Source: Bdellovibrionales bacterium (GTDB lineage: Bacteria > Bdellovibrionota > Bdellovibrionia > Bdellovibrionales > UBA1609). From it: a stretch of DNA of 64,000 nt. The notes under the pieces were generated by a model. The model made no database searches. It saw only the letters and a list, made by a program, of their open reading frames with translations, and had not been told where the DNA came from. Location of the stretch: NCBI GenBank assembly GCA_965199825.1, contig OZ241329.1, positions 896,001-960,000 of the forward strand, given 5' to 3'. Each line of letters opens with the position of its first letter. Position 1 is the first letter of the stretch. Both the position numbers and the translations under genes were made by a program. This document shows, in pieces, positions 8,299-19,150 of this stretch.

Positions 8299-9123
8299 AT
8301 GGATCATTCAAAAATTCATTTTAATGCGGTGACCGCCGCCGCAGCTCATCGCAAAACCGAAATGGAATTGCTCAATGCTTTGGAACTCGTTTGGAAAAAT
8401 AAAACCTTTTCGCAGTATGGCTGTCGTTCAATGTTTGAATACTCAACTAAGGAACTGAAGCTGTCCGAGGAGATGGCGAGTATCGCAAATAAAATCGCAA
8501 AAAAATTTACCGAACTTCCCGAACTTAAATTAAAAATGGAATCGGAGGAGCTGTCCCTTTCAAAAGTGAATCGCATCACCGCAGTCGTTAACAAAGAAAA
8601 TGTCGATCACTGGGTCAATGTGGCCAAAGGGACTAAACGCCATCTCGAAAAAGAGATTGCAAAGGTCCAACCCGAAAAAGTCATTCCTGAGCGGGCACGA
8701 TATCAAAAGGCGGGTGATACGTTGAGAGTCGTGATTTCATATTCAATGACCCAGGAAGAATTTGCGATGCTTGAACGAACACAAGATCTCTTAAGTCAAA
8801 AATTGAAACGCCCGGCTTCAATCGCTGATGTTCATCTGGCGGCACTTAAGGAGCTTCATCAAAAGCTTGACCCATTAGAAAAACCGATTCGCCAAAAATC
8901 TGCGGGCACGATAAAGTTAACCATTAATCTTAAGCGAAAAGTCCATCACAAATTCAATAGTCAATGCAGTCATGTCGATGAGAAAGGCGAACGATGTGCT
9001 CAACGTCGCCACCTTGATATCCATCACATTATTCCACAATCAAAAGGTGGCACCCATGAGGAAGACAACCTTACGATATTATGCGCTGGCCATCATCGTG
9101 CCCACCATCGAAAAGTACACTAA
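8299..9123 (+). CDS. HNH endonuclease with DUF222-like helical N-terminal region; probable selfish or mobile insertion
   Basis: C-terminal CSH..RC...LDIHHIIPQSKGG...NLTILCAGHH; N-terminal GCRSMFEY..ELKLSE..A..P.L....LSLSK; AGGAG RBS before ATG 8299; interrupts deoC-deoA. Confidence 0.85.
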   Translation: MDHSKIHFNAVTAAAAHRKTEMELLNALELVWKNKTFSQYGCRSMFEYSTKELKLSEEMASIANKIAKKFTELPELKLKMESEELSLSKVNRITAVVNKENVDHWVNVAKGTKRHLEKEIAKVQPEKVIPERARYQKAGDTLRVVISYSMTQEEFAMLERTQDLLSQKLKRPASIADVHLAALKELHQKLDPLEKPIRQKSAGTIKLTINLKRKVHHKFNSQCSHVDEKGERCAQRRHLDIHHIIPQSKGGTHEEDNLTILCAGHHRAHHRKVH

Positions 9124-9195
9124 GAACACCCGTTAACTCTGAAACAAATCCCAAAACAACTTGAATCTTTCAAAAGACCCACACAAAATCAGCCC

Positions 9196-10500
9196 ATGTA
9201 TCTTGCAACCGAACTCATTCGCAAAAAACGCACGGGTCAGGAGCTGACGCTTCATGAGCTTCAATGGATGATAGGTGCCTATCTCGCCAACGAAGTTAAA
9301 GATTATCAAATCTCGGCATGGCTCATGGCGGTTTGCCTTAAAGGGATGACTCCTCAAGAAACTGTTTACCTCACTCAAGTGATGCGCGACAGTGGTGAGG
9401 TTTTCGACCTCCAATATTTAAACAAATATTGCGTCGACAAACATTCGACCGGTGGCATTGGCGACAAGACAAGCATGATCATTGCTCCGCTTGCGGCCGC
9501 GGCGGGACTGGCAGTCCCCATGGTTGCGGGCCGTGGACTTGGGCACACCGGGGGGACACTTGATAAGCTCGAAAGTATTCCACATTTTTCGACAAGCATT
9601 TCGCCCGAAAAATTTCGCTCGACGCTCGAGTCACTTGGATTTGCTATCGTTGGGCAAACTCCAGAAATGTGTCCGGCGGATAAAAAACTTTATGCCTTAA
9701 GAGATGTGACCAGCACCGTCGATTCAATTCCGCTCATTTGTGCGAGCATCATGTCGAAAAAATTGGCGGAGGGTTTGAACGGATTAGTTCTTGATGTGAA
9801 GTTTGGCAGCGGAGCTTTTATGAAGGATCTTAACTCGGCCCAAACTCTTGCAAGATCTCTGATTGAGATCGGGAATGGTTCGAACGTAAAAACAAAGGCC
9901 CTTCTTACCAATATGAACCAACCTCTCGGTCATAAAATTGGCAATGCTCTCGAGATACAAGAATGTGTGGACATTATGAATAACAAAAAATGCTTGATTG
10001 ACGGTGTCGATTTTTATGCCGACACGCGAGAGCTCAGTCTTGAGCTTTGCGCACATATGCTTCATCTTTCAAAGCCTCAAATTAATTTCGAAGACTGCAA
10101 ACGAGAGGTCACAGAGCTTTTAGAATCCGGAGCGGCATTAAAAAAATTCAACCAGCTTTGCGATGTCCAAGGACAGGGTTATCCTGAAAAATTTGAAATG
10201 CCGTATGCGCCCTACCCGCTGGTTGCAACCAAAGACGGCGTGATCGAAGGTATGGATGTGGAACAAATAGGAATTGCCGCAATTGAAATCGGTGTGGGTC
10301 GCAAAACGGTAGATGGTAAGATTGATTATTGGGCGGGGTTTGAAATGAATGTTAAAGTTGGAAGCCCAATCAAAAAAGGCCAAACCCTTTTAAATATTTT
10401 TGCCAAAAATCCACAAACAATAGAAAAGCAATTGCTCAACGCCATTACGATTGGGACTTCGGCAAAACCGTCACCTTTGATTGCCGAGGTGATGCAATGA
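9196..10500 (+). CDS. deoA: Thymidine/pyrimidine-nucleoside phosphorylase
   Basis: DKHSTGGIGDK, GRGLGHTGGTLDKLESIP, LYALRDVT, SIMSKK, LDVKFGSGAFM. Confidence 0.93.
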   Translation: MYLATELIRKKRTGQELTLHELQWMIGAYLANEVKDYQISAWLMAVCLKGMTPQETVYLTQVMRDSGEVFDLQYLNKYCVDKHSTGGIGDKTSMIIAPLAAAAGLAVPMVAGRGLGHTGGTLDKLESIPHFSTSISPEKFRSTLESLGFAIVGQTPEMCPADKKLYALRDVTSTVDSIPLICASIMSKKLAEGLNGLVLDVKFGSGAFMKDLNSAQTLARSLIEIGNGSNVKTKALLTNMNQPLGHKIGNALEIQECVDIMNNKKCLIDGVDFYADTRELSLELCAHMLHLSKPQINFEDCKREVTELLESGAALKKFNQLCDVQGQGYPEKFEMPYAPYPLVATKDGVIEGMDVEQIGIAAIEIGVGRKTVDGKIDYWAGFEMNVKVGSPIKKGQTLLNIFAKNPQTIEKQLLNAITIGTSAKPSPLIAEVMQ

Positions 10501-11333
10501 TGAAGCAACTCCTCGAAGCCAAAGATTTTATCGAGAGCAAATCAAAGTTAAAACCTGTGATTGGACTTACTTTAGGATCTGGTCTTGCCCAAATTGCTAC
10601 AGCAATAAAAATTGAAACCGAAATTGATTTTAAAGATATTCCGCATTTTTCACCTTCGACTGTTGAGGGTCATCCCGGAAAACTTTTGCTTGGCACTCTT
10701 CATGGAATCCCGGTGGCGGCCCTACAAGGTCGCGTGCACTTTTATGAGGGCCATTCCATCCAACAAGTTGTTGTTCCCACTCGGGTACTGGGACTTCTTG
10801 GAGTGCGACTTTTAATTTTGACCAACGCGGCTGGTGGTTTGCTCGACAAAATGACACCTGGCGATTTGATGGTGATCGAAGATCATCTCAATTTCACCGG
10901 GCAAAATCCTTTGATCGGTAAAAACCTCGACGTATTAGGGCCGCGATTCCCTGACATGACAGAAATTTATAGTAGAAAACTCAATCACGAACTCGAAAAA
11001 ATTTTAGAGCAATTGAAACTTAAATTTCATCGTGGTGTGTACTGTGGATTAACGGGGCCTTCCTATGAAACCCCGGCCGAAGTAAAATACCTTCGTTCAT
11101 TAGGCGTAGGTGCGGTCGGAATGAGTACCGTCGCCGAAGCAATTGCCGCACGTCATATGGGACTGCATGTCGTAGGACTTTCTTGCATCACAAATGTTGC
11201 GGCGGGTTTGCCAAATTCAAAAATCTTGTCACATCAAGAAGTTAAAGACGTCGCTGCCCAAGTTGAAAAATCAATTAGCGATGCGCTTGAAACCTTTATC
11301 CAGCAAGTCGCTCGGCAATATTTGCCGCTTTGA
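10497..11333 (+). CDS. punA: Purine-nucleoside phosphorylase (trimeric PNP I / XapA-PunA family)
   Basis: LGSGL, STVEGHPG, QGRVHFYEG, TNAAGG, GPSYETPAE, VGMST, CITN. Confidence 0.9.
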   Translation: MMKQLLEAKDFIESKSKLKPVIGLTLGSGLAQIATAIKIETEIDFKDIPHFSPSTVEGHPGKLLLGTLHGIPVAALQGRVHFYEGHSIQQVVVPTRVLGLLGVRLLILTNAAGGLLDKMTPGDLMVIEDHLNFTGQNPLIGKNLDVLGPRFPDMTEIYSRKLNHELEKILEQLKLKFHRGVYCGLTGPSYETPAEVKYLRSLGVGAVGMSTVAEAIAARHMGLHVVGLSCITNVAAGLPNSKILSHQEVKDVAAQVEKSISDALETFIQQVARQYLPL

Positions 11334-11398
11334 ATTTCTCGACTAACTTCTTTTAAAAATCTGAATCACAATTAGAGAGTAGCAAAGGGGAGGGCCAC

Positions 11399-12655
11399 AT
11401 GGATGTGGGTCGTTTAGGAATCGTTGCGCTGGCATTGCACATGATTGCATGCTCGTCATCGAAGACAGTATCGGGAGTTTTCCCGGTGATGAAAGAGAGT
11501 TGTGAATCCACCGCGGTTCATAATCAATTTTTGGTTAAGTGGACCAACGGAAGTATCACGACAGAAAAAGCAAATAGTCGCGAAGATTTTATTAGAGAGT
11601 TTGTCGAAAAAAAGCTCGATCAAATAGAATTTGTTGAGCAGGATCAAAACGTGGCAGTGCCCGTTCGACATGCTGCTGCTGTTGATTTGGAGTTTGCCGA
11701 CAATTGGGGTGCTGCGCGCATTCATGCCGATGATGTTTGGACTCAAGGCATTCGAGGGCAAGGAATTAAGATTGCGGTGATCGACACAGGTGTGGATGTC
11801 ACACATCCTCAACTCAAAAATCAAATCGCATACAATCAGGGCGAAATGGGTCTCGATGATCAAGGTCGCGATAAATCATCAAACGGAATTGATGACGATG
11901 CCAATGGCCTGATTGATGATTGGGCGGGTTATCATTTTCTTTTAAAAACCGGCGACGGTGTGGATGCAGCCGATCATGGCACTCATATCTCTGGGATCAT
12001 TGCGGCCGAGCATTATGAAAACACAATCACCAAAGGTTTTGTTCAAGGCGTTGCACCCGATTCAAAAATTATTGCTTCAGGATTTATGGATCATAGCGGA
12101 GGCGGAAAAATCTCAACCGTAATCAAAGCTCTCGATTATGCGGTTTCAAGAGGAGCAAATGTGATCAACGCCTCTTGGGGCAGCTCTTCGTGTTCGGCCA
12201 ATTTAAAAGAAAAGATTGCGAGTCTTTACGATAGAAATATCGCGTTTGTCACCGCCGCTGGAAACGAAACCACCGATATCGATTTCTTTCAGCAATTTCC
12301 TGCTTCTTACAATTTGAAAAATGAATTCACGATTGGAGCCATCGGGCCGTACAATGCAATGGCCGATTTTTCAAATTACGGCGATGCCCTAGCCCATCTT
12401 TTTGCTCCTGGTGTGGACATCTACTCTACCGTTCCTGGTGGAAAAATTGCGGCAATGAGTGGAACAAGTATGGCTGCACCTTTTGTGACAGCTGCAATCG
12501 GTCTTTTGATGTCGCATCGACCAAGTGCAGATCTTGATCAAATTCGACAGGCCATCTACCAAAGTGTTGAGACAAACTCGCTCTACAGAAATTTGACTCA
12601 TGGTCGCCTCAATGTGGCTAAAGCTATCCGTGCTTTAGAGTTGCTGGTTCCGTAA
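11399..12655 (+). CDS. S8 subtilisin-like serine protease, probable lipoprotein
   Basis: Triad motifs IAVIDTG, HGTHISG, GTSMAAP; DDDANGLIDD insert; lipobox-like MIAC. Confidence 0.92.
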   Translation: MDVGRLGIVALALHMIACSSSKTVSGVFPVMKESCESTAVHNQFLVKWTNGSITTEKANSREDFIREFVEKKLDQIEFVEQDQNVAVPVRHAAAVDLEFADNWGAARIHADDVWTQGIRGQGIKIAVIDTGVDVTHPQLKNQIAYNQGEMGLDDQGRDKSSNGIDDDANGLIDDWAGYHFLLKTGDGVDAADHGTHISGIIAAEHYENTITKGFVQGVAPDSKIIASGFMDHSGGGKISTVIKALDYAVSRGANVINASWGSSSCSANLKEKIASLYDRNIAFVTAAGNETTDIDFFQQFPASYNLKNEFTIGAIGPYNAMADFSNYGDALAHLFAPGVDIYSTVPGGKIAAMSGTSMAAPFVTAAIGLLMSHRPSADLDQIRQAIYQSVETNSLYRNLTHGRLNVAKAIRALELLVP

Positions 12656-12715
12656 CACGCGGCTTCAAATGTTTTACTTTGGCCCACCTACTGATGATGG
12701 TAATCCTGTTAGACT

Positions 12716-14005
12716 ATGGGAATTACAATTTCAGAGTTGGGCTCTCACGTCGGAAATACAGTCGAACTCAAAGGCTGGGTTTATAACTCTCGCTCATCGG
12801 GAAAAATAAAATTTTTGCTTCTGCGCGATGGCAGTGGGATTTGCCAGTGCGTTTTTTTTGGTGGCGACTGTGAGCCCTCGGCTCTTGAGCAATTCGAAAA
12901 GCTCACTCAAGAAACAAGTGTCCGGGTCACCGGAATTGTAAAACAAGAAAAACGAAGTCCCGGCGGCTTTGAACTCAGCGCCAAGTCACTCGAAATTTTG
13001 GGCGACTCACCCGACTACCCGATTTCGCCCAAAGAGCATGGTCCTGATTTTTTGATGAGCAATCGTCATTTATGGATTCGATCAAAAAGGCAGCATGCGA
13101 TACTCAAAATCAGAGCAGAGCTGGTCTCAGCCATTCGTGATTTTTTTGATGGGCGCGGATTTACTCTGACCGATGCGCCAATTTTTACTCCCAGTGCCTG
13201 CGAGGGAACTTCGAATCTTTTTGAAACAAAATATTTTGATGAAAAAGCGTATCTTTCCCAAAGTGGACAACTGTATATCGAAGCCACCGCTGCAGCTCTC
13301 GGCAAAGTCTATTGTTTTGGGCCTACCTTTCGTGCTGAAAAATCAAAGACACGTCGCCATCTGATCGAGTTTTGGATGGTCGAACCCGAAGTCGCATTTG
13401 CAAATCTTTATGACAATATGGAATTGATGGAGCAGTTTGTTGAATACATCGTTCAGCGAACCATAAAAAATCGCGCCGAAGAATTTTTAGCACTCGAGCG
13501 CGACACAACATCTTTAAAAAATGTGATCGGACCTTTTCCAAGAATTCATTATGATGAAGCGGCCGCGATCGTAAAAAAAGAAAATCCCGAATTTGAAGTC
13601 GGCAGTGATTTTGGCGCAACCGACGAAACCATTATCAGTTCAAGATTTGATAAGCCGGTGATGGTTCATCACTACCCTTCAAAAATAAAAGCGTTTTATA
13701 TGAAGGCTGAACCCAAAGATTTAAATTATTCTTTAAGTGTGGATATGCTTGCCACCGAAGGCTACGGTGAAATCATTGGCGGCGGACAGCGCGAAGATAA
13801 TCTTCAACTTTTAGAAACCAAAATTTCAGAACACGGTTTGAATCGAAAAGATTTTGAATGGTATCTCGATCTTCGTAAATATGGCACCTTTGAACATTCT
13901 GGATTTGGCCTTGGACTTGAGCGAACCGTATCGTGGATCTGCGGACTCAATCATGTTCGCGAAACAATTCCGTTCCCAAGACTTTATGGACGTAACTACC
14001 CTTAA
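12716..14005 (+). CDS. asnS: Asparagine--tRNA ligase
   Basis: OB fold [42 protein letters not shown]. Confidence 0.96.
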   Translation: MGITISELGSHVGNTVELKGWVYNSRSSGKIKFLLLRDGSGICQCVFFGGDCEPSALEQFEKLTQETSVRVTGIVKQEKRSPGGFELSAKSLEILGDSPDYPISPKEHGPDFLMSNRHLWIRSKRQHAILKIRAELVSAIRDFFDGRGFTLTDAPIFTPSACEGTSNLFETKYFDEKAYLSQSGQLYIEATAAALGKVYCFGPTFRAEKSKTRRHLIEFWMVEPEVAFANLYDNMELMEQFVEYIVQRTIKNRAEEFLALERDTTSLKNVIGPFPRIHYDEAAAIVKKENPEFEVGSDFGATDETIISSRFDKPVMVHHYPSKIKAFYMKAEPKDLNYSLSVDMLATEGYGEIIGGGQREDNLQLLETKISEHGLNRKDFEWYLDLRKYGTFEHSGFGLGLERTVSWICGLNHVRETIPFPRLYGRNYP

Positions 14006-14018
14006 TTAAGGCAGGCAT

Positions 14019-15578
14019 ATGACCGAATCTGTGACTCTTAAGCGCATTGCCGATCTTGAAAAACGAAATGATCAGGCTTTTGTTGGCGGCGGCGAAGAGC
14101 GGCTTGCAAAACACAAAGTCGGCACACGATTGACCGCACGCGAACGTCTTGATGTTCTTCTTGATCCGGGAAGTTTTGTTGAGATCGATCGATTTGTCAC
14201 TCATCGCTGTACCAATTTTAAAATGGAAGACACACGCACCCCAGGTGATGGCGTCGTTACAGGTTATGGCCGAGTCAATGGTAAACTGGTTTTTGTTTAT
14301 AGCCAAGATTTTACCGTTTTCGGCGGATCGATGTCGCGCACCCAAGCCAATAAAATTATCAAAATCATGGAGCTTGCATTAAAAAATGGAGCACCCGTCA
14401 TTGGATTGAATGACTCCGGTGGAGCTCGCATTCAAGAAGGGGTCGAAGCTCTTGCCGGCTATGCCGATATCTTTTTAAAAAATGTGATGGCCTCAGGTGT
14501 GGTGCCACAGATCAGCGCGATCATGGGCCCTTGTGCTGGGGGTGCGGTTTATTCTCCTTCACTTACCGATTTTATTTTTATGGTTCGCGACACCTCTTAT
14601 ATGTTTGTGACCGGCCCTGATGTGATCAAAACCGTCACTCACGAAGACGTCACAAAAGAAGAACTCGGCGGAGCAATCACCCACAATCAAAAATCGGGTG
14701 TGGCACATTTTGCGACTGATGATGATCGCAATTGTTTGCTGATGATTCGTGAACTGCTCAATTTTTTGCCCTCAAACAATGTGGACGACTCACCTGTTTT
14801 GCCCACAAGAGACCGACCTGATCGAGTGGAAGAAAGTTTAAATACTCTTATTCCCGACAATCCCCGCAAACCCTATGACATGCTCGATTTGATCGGCAAA
14901 ATTGTGGACGAAGGTTACTTTTTAGAAGTCCAAAAGCATTTTGCCAAAAATATAATTATTGGATTTGCACGTCTCAATGGGCGAAGCATTGGTATCGTGG
15001 CCAATCAGCCCTCTGTTCTTGCCGGATGTTTAGATATCGATGCGAGTCGCAAATCAGCACGATTTGTGAGATTTTGTGATGCTTTTAATATTCCAATTTT
15101 GACTCTGGTTGATGTTCCCGGATTTTTACCCGGCACCAATCAAGAATGGGCCGGCATCATCACCCATGGAGCTAAACTGCTTTACGCCTATGCCGAGGCT
15201 ACCGTTCCAAAAGTCACCTTGATCACGCGCAAGGCTTATGGCGGCGCTTACGATGTGATGTCATCAAAACATTTGCGTGGAGATATTAATCTTGCCTACC
15301 CCACTGCAGAAATTGCGGTGATGGGTGCCGATGGTGCGGTCAGTATTATTTTTCGTAATGAAATCAAACAGGCCACCGATCACAATTCTGAAAAGTTGCG
15401 GCTGACCAAAGATTACGAAGACAAGTTCGCAAATCCCTACGTTGCAGCCGAACTGGGTTACATCGACGAGGTCATTGAGCCTGCAAGTACACGAAAACGT
15501 CTGATTGATTCTTTTGAAATGTTAAAAAATAAGCGCGACACCAATCCGCCGAAAAAACACGGCAATATTCCTTTATAG
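14019..15578 (+). CDS. pccB: Propionyl-CoA (acyl-CoA) carboxylase carboxyltransferase beta subunit
   Basis: [44 protein letters not shown] end. Confidence 0.92.
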   Translation: MTESVTLKRIADLEKRNDQAFVGGGEERLAKHKVGTRLTARERLDVLLDPGSFVEIDRFVTHRCTNFKMEDTRTPGDGVVTGYGRVNGKLVFVYSQDFTVFGGSMSRTQANKIIKIMELALKNGAPVIGLNDSGGARIQEGVEALAGYADIFLKNVMASGVVPQISAIMGPCAGGAVYSPSLTDFIFMVRDTSYMFVTGPDVIKTVTHEDVTKEELGGAITHNQKSGVAHFATDDDRNCLLMIRELLNFLPSNNVDDSPVLPTRDRPDRVEESLNTLIPDNPRKPYDMLDLIGKIVDEGYFLEVQKHFAKNIIIGFARLNGRSIGIVANQPSVLAGCLDIDASRKSARFVRFCDAFNIPILTLVDVPGFLPGTNQEWAGIITHGAKLLYAYAEATVPKVTLITRKAYGGAYDVMSSKHLRGDINLAYPTAEIAVMGADGAVSIIFRNEIKQATDHNSEKLRLTKDYEDKFANPYVAAELGYIDEVIEPASTRKRLIDSFEMLKNKRDTNPPKKHGNIPL

Positions 15579-15587
15579 GAGAGTGCA

Positions 15588-17090
15588 ATGTTTAAAAAAA
15601 TCCTAGTCGCCAACCGCGGTGAGATCGCAATCCGTGTGATGCGCTCATGTCGTGAACTCAACATTCCAAACGTTGCGGTTTATTCAGAGGCGGATCGCAA
15701 CAGTCTGCATGTGCTCTTAGCGGATGAGGCGTATCCCATTGGACCCGCTCCATCAAATCAATCCTATTTAGTTATCGAAAACATTCTCGAGGCCGCAAAA
15801 AAAGCGGGAGCTGATGCCATCCATCCTGGCTATGGGTTTTTGAGCGAATCTGCCGAGTTTGCCGAAGCCTGTGAAACAGCTGGAATCACTTTTATCGGGC
15901 CGACAAAAGAAAATATATTGGCCATGGGAGATAAGCTCGCCTCAAGAGAATTGATGAAAAAAGCGGGTGTGCCCACAGTGCCTGGCAGCGAAGGTGTGAT
16001 TCGCACAGTAGAAGAGGCCGAAGAAGCTTCGCATAAAATTGGCTACCCTGTGATGATCAAAGCCTCGGCGGGTGGTGGCGGTAAAGGGATAAGAGTTGTT
16101 TATGATAAAAAAGGGCTAAGCTCGGCCTTTCGCAGTTGTCAGTCCGAAGGTCTAAATTATTTTAAAGACGACCGAGTTTTTATCGAACGCTTTGTTCAAA
16201 ATCCAAAACACATCGAAGTTCAGGTTTTTGGCGATAAGCATGGCAATGCGGTCCATCTCTACGAGCGCGAATGCTCAATTCAACGACGGCATCAAAAATT
16301 AATTGAGGAGTGCCCCAGTATTTCAGTGCCTCAGGATGTGCGCGAAAAAATGGGAGCCATCGCTGTCAAAGCGGCTCAATCAATAAAATATGTGGGCGCA
16401 GGGACTATCGAATTTATTTTTGATAATTCGACCAAAGAATTTTTCTTTATGGAAATGAACACCCGACTTCAGGTGGAGCATCCCGTAACAGAACAAGTCA
16501 CAGGAATTGATTTGGTCCAAGAACAAATTTTTGTGGCAAGTGGTCGACCTTTGTCTTTTAGTCAAAAAGACATTCAACAAACCGGTCATGCGATTGAGCT
16601 TAGGATTTGTGCCGAAGATCCGGTTACGTTTGTTCCAAGTCCTGGCAAAATTCGTAAGTGCCGAATCCCAACTGGTCCTTTTGTGCGCTTTGATGGCTAC
16701 TGTTATCCCGATTACGAAGTCCCAATTTATTATGATCCCATGCTCGGAAAACTGATCACCTGGGGCCCCACGCGCGAAGTCTGTATTAAAAGAATGCAGC
16801 GAGCCCTCGCCGAATTTATGCTCACCGGGATCAAATCCAATATTGTTCTTCATCGAAATATTTTGATCCATCCCAAATTTTTAGATGGCTCTTACACAAC
16901 CCAATTTGTTGACCAAGAACTTGCGGGCCAAAAGCAAAAACAATTGTTTATGTTTGTGGATGAAAATGTCTTTTTGATTTCGGCAGCAATCACCGCCTAC
17001 AATGATTCAAAATCAAAAGATGTTGCGGGCTACAGTTACACAAGTCGTTGGAAAAACGATGGCCGCTCTAACGCTTTAAGGAAACGCTAA
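15588..17090 (+). CDS. pccA: Biotin carboxylase subunit of acyl-CoA carboxylase
   Basis: ANRGEIA, HPGYGFLSE, GGGGKG, ERECSIQRRHQK, EMNTRLQVEH; no biotinyl domain (encoded by next gene). Confidence 0.88.
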   Translation: MFKKILVANRGEIAIRVMRSCRELNIPNVAVYSEADRNSLHVLLADEAYPIGPAPSNQSYLVIENILEAAKKAGADAIHPGYGFLSESAEFAEACETAGITFIGPTKENILAMGDKLASRELMKKAGVPTVPGSEGVIRTVEEAEEASHKIGYPVMIKASAGGGGKGIRVVYDKKGLSSAFRSCQSEGLNYFKDDRVFIERFVQNPKHIEVQVFGDKHGNAVHLYERECSIQRRHQKLIEECPSISVPQDVREKMGAIAVKAAQSIKYVGAGTIEFIFDNSTKEFFFMEMNTRLQVEHPVTEQVTGIDLVQEQIFVASGRPLSFSQKDIQQTGHAIELRICAEDPVTFVPSPGKIRKCRIPTGPFVRFDGYCYPDYEVPIYYDPMLGKLITWGPTREVCIKRMQRALAEFMLTGIKSNIVLHRNILIHPKFLDGSYTTQFVDQELAGQKQKQLFMFVDENVFLISAAITAYNDSKSKDVAGYSYTSRWKNDGRSNALRKR

Positions 17091-17618
17091 ATGTACTTTG
17101 AAGCCACCAGCAACAACATCAATTACGAAATCAATGTGAGCGAAACCGCCCACGGATATCGGGTGAGCCTCAAGGCCGATGGCGAAGAATGGAAGCATCA
17201 CGATATTCTGAGCGACGATTACCAAACTCTTGATAGCGCAATCAGCTTTATTTTTGGCAACTCCAGCTACCTTGTGGATGTTGTTGGGAGTGGCACCGAC
17301 TACACCGTTTACACCCGCGGTACATTTCGGGGTGTTAAAATTTTTAATGAAGAAAAACTTCTTCACGAATCTCTTAAAGGCAAAAACAATTTGGCCTCTG
17401 GCGACACGCTGACATCAGGAATGCCAGGCAAAATCGTCAAGATCATGGTAAACGAAGGTGATGAGGTCGTAGCCGATCATCCACTGATGATTATGGAAGC
17501 GATGAAGATGGAAAACGAAATGCGTGCCTCACATCCAGTAAAAATAAAAAAGATTCATGTCAAAGCGGGCGAAAATGTTGATTCAGGCACATTGCTAATC
17601 ACATTCGAAACTCAATGA
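17091..17618 (+). CDS. Biotin carboxyl carrier protein
   Basis: EAMKM biotinylation motif, MPGKIV. Confidence 0.92.
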   Translation: MYFEATSNNINYEINVSETAHGYRVSLKADGEEWKHHDILSDDYQTLDSAISFIFGNSSYLVDVVGSGTDYTVYTRGTFRGVKIFNEEKLLHESLKGKNNLASGDTLTSGMPGKIVKIMVNEGDEVVADHPLMIMEAMKMENEMRASHPVKIKKIHVKAGENVDSGTLLITFETQ

Positions 17619-19150
17619 AACCTGTTTATACAGCCAAAGACTGGCAAGGCGACCTAGAACAGCCAGGTGAATTCCCTTTCACTCGCGGTGTACAGGCCAA
17701 CATGTACCGTGGCCAACTTTGGACAATGCGCCAATACGCTGGATTTGGTTCGGCCAAACAAACCAATGAGCGCTACCGCATGCTGCTTGAAAAGGGCACC
17801 ACCGGTTTAAGCGTGGCCTTCGATCTGCCCACCCAAATGGGTTATGACTCCGACCATGTCATGTCTTCTGGTGAGGTGGGTAAGGTGGGAGTTGCCATCT
17901 CTTCGATCGAAGATATGGAAATTTTGTTTGATCAATTGCCACTCGACAAAATTTCAACCTCAATGACCATCAACTCTACCGCAGCAATTCTTTTAAGCTT
18001 TTATATTGCGGTTGCCGAAAAGCGCGGCATCGCACGCACCAAACTCAAAGGCACCATCCAAAACGATTTACTCAAAGAATACATCGCCCGCGGCACTTAC
18101 ATTTACCCACCAAAGCCTTCGCTCAGATTGATCACCGACATCTTTGATTTTTGCACCCAACAAGTCCCTGAGTGGAATACCATTTCGATCTCTGGGTATC
18201 ATATTCGAGAGGCCGGCTCCACAGCGGTTCAAGAAGTGGCTTTCACCTTGGCGAATGCCATCACCTATGTGCAAGCGGCGATCGATCGTGGTCTTAATGT
18301 TAATGAGTTCGGCAAACGCTTGAGCTTTTTTTTCAATGTTCACAATAATTTTTTTGAAGAGGTCGCAAAATTTCGAGCAGCACGCCGGATGTGGGCCCAT
18401 ATTATGAAAGATCGTTTTAAAGCCACAGACCAAAAAGCGATGAAGCTGCGAGTTCACGCCCAAACCGCAGGCTCAACTTTGACCGCTCAGCAGCCCGAAA
18501 CAAATATTGTGCGGGTGAGCCTGCAAGCGCTTGCCGCAGTTCTAGGTGGGACTCAGAGTCTCCATACCAATTCGATGGATGAGGCTTTGGGTCTTCCCAC
18601 CACAAAAGCTGCAACCATTGCATTAAGAACCCAACAGGTTTTGGCTTTTGAAACAGGTGTTGTCGATGTGGTGGACCCCCTGGCGGGATCTTATTTTGTA
18701 GAGTCACTCACCGACCAAATCGAAAAGGAAGCGTATCAGTACATCGAGCGCATCGATTCGCTCGGCGGTGTGACTGCATGTATCGAATCTGGATTTATCC
18801 AAAATGAAATCCAATCGGCGGCCTACAAATTTCAACTCGATGTGGAGTCCAAAAAATCGGTGGTTGTTGGAGTCAATCAATTCGTTGAAGAAGAACTCAC
18901 CCCTCCCGAGGTATTAAGAATTTCAGAAAAGACATCCCAAGACCAAATTGACCGACTCAAAAAATTCAAATCTCAGCGTGATCAAAAAAAGGTCTTAAAC
19001 CACTTACAAATTATTTTATCGGCCTCGCATGGCACTCAAAATTTAATGCCGTTGCTTATCGATGCGGTCAAAGACGGCTGCACGTTAGGCGAAATTTCGG
19101 ATGTGTTACGCAAAAGTTTTGGAACTTACAAAGAGACCGTTAGTCTGTAG
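17615..19150 (+). CDS. Methylmalonyl-CoA mutase, substrate-binding (large) subunit of a split enzyme
   Basis: WTMRQYAGF and KEYIARGT (Tyr/Arg pair of MCM rather than Phe/Gln of ICM); ends without a DxHxxG B12-binding domain. Confidence 0.9.
   Translation: MKPVYTAKDWQGDLEQPGEFPFTRGVQANMYRGQLWTMRQYAGFGSAKQTNERYRMLLEKGTTGLSVAFDLPTQMGYDSDHVMSSGEVGKVGVAISSIEDMEILFDQLPLDKISTSMTINSTAAILLSFYIAVAEKRGIARTKLKGTIQNDLLKEYIARGTYIYPPKPSLRLITDIFDFCTQQVPEWNTISISGYHIREAGSTAVQEVAFTLANAITYVQAAIDRGLNVNEFGKRLSFFFNVHNNFFEEVAKFRAARRMWAHIMKDRFKATDQKAMKLRVHAQTAGSTLTAQQPETNIVRVSLQALAAVLGGTQSLHTNSMDEALGLPTTKAATIALRTQQVLAFETGVVDVVDPLAGSYFVESLTDQIEKEAYQYIERIDSLGGVTACIESGFIQNEIQSAAYKFQLDVESKKSVVVGVNQFVEEELTPPEVLRISEKTSQDQIDRLKKFKSQRDQKKVLNHLQIILSASHGTQNLMPLLIDAVKDGCTLGEISDVLRKSFGTYKETVSL

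Noticed and set aside
8299..9123. IscB/Cas9-like or group II intron protein
   Set aside because: No RuvC, bridge-helix or reverse transcriptase motifs seen; only a C-terminal HNH
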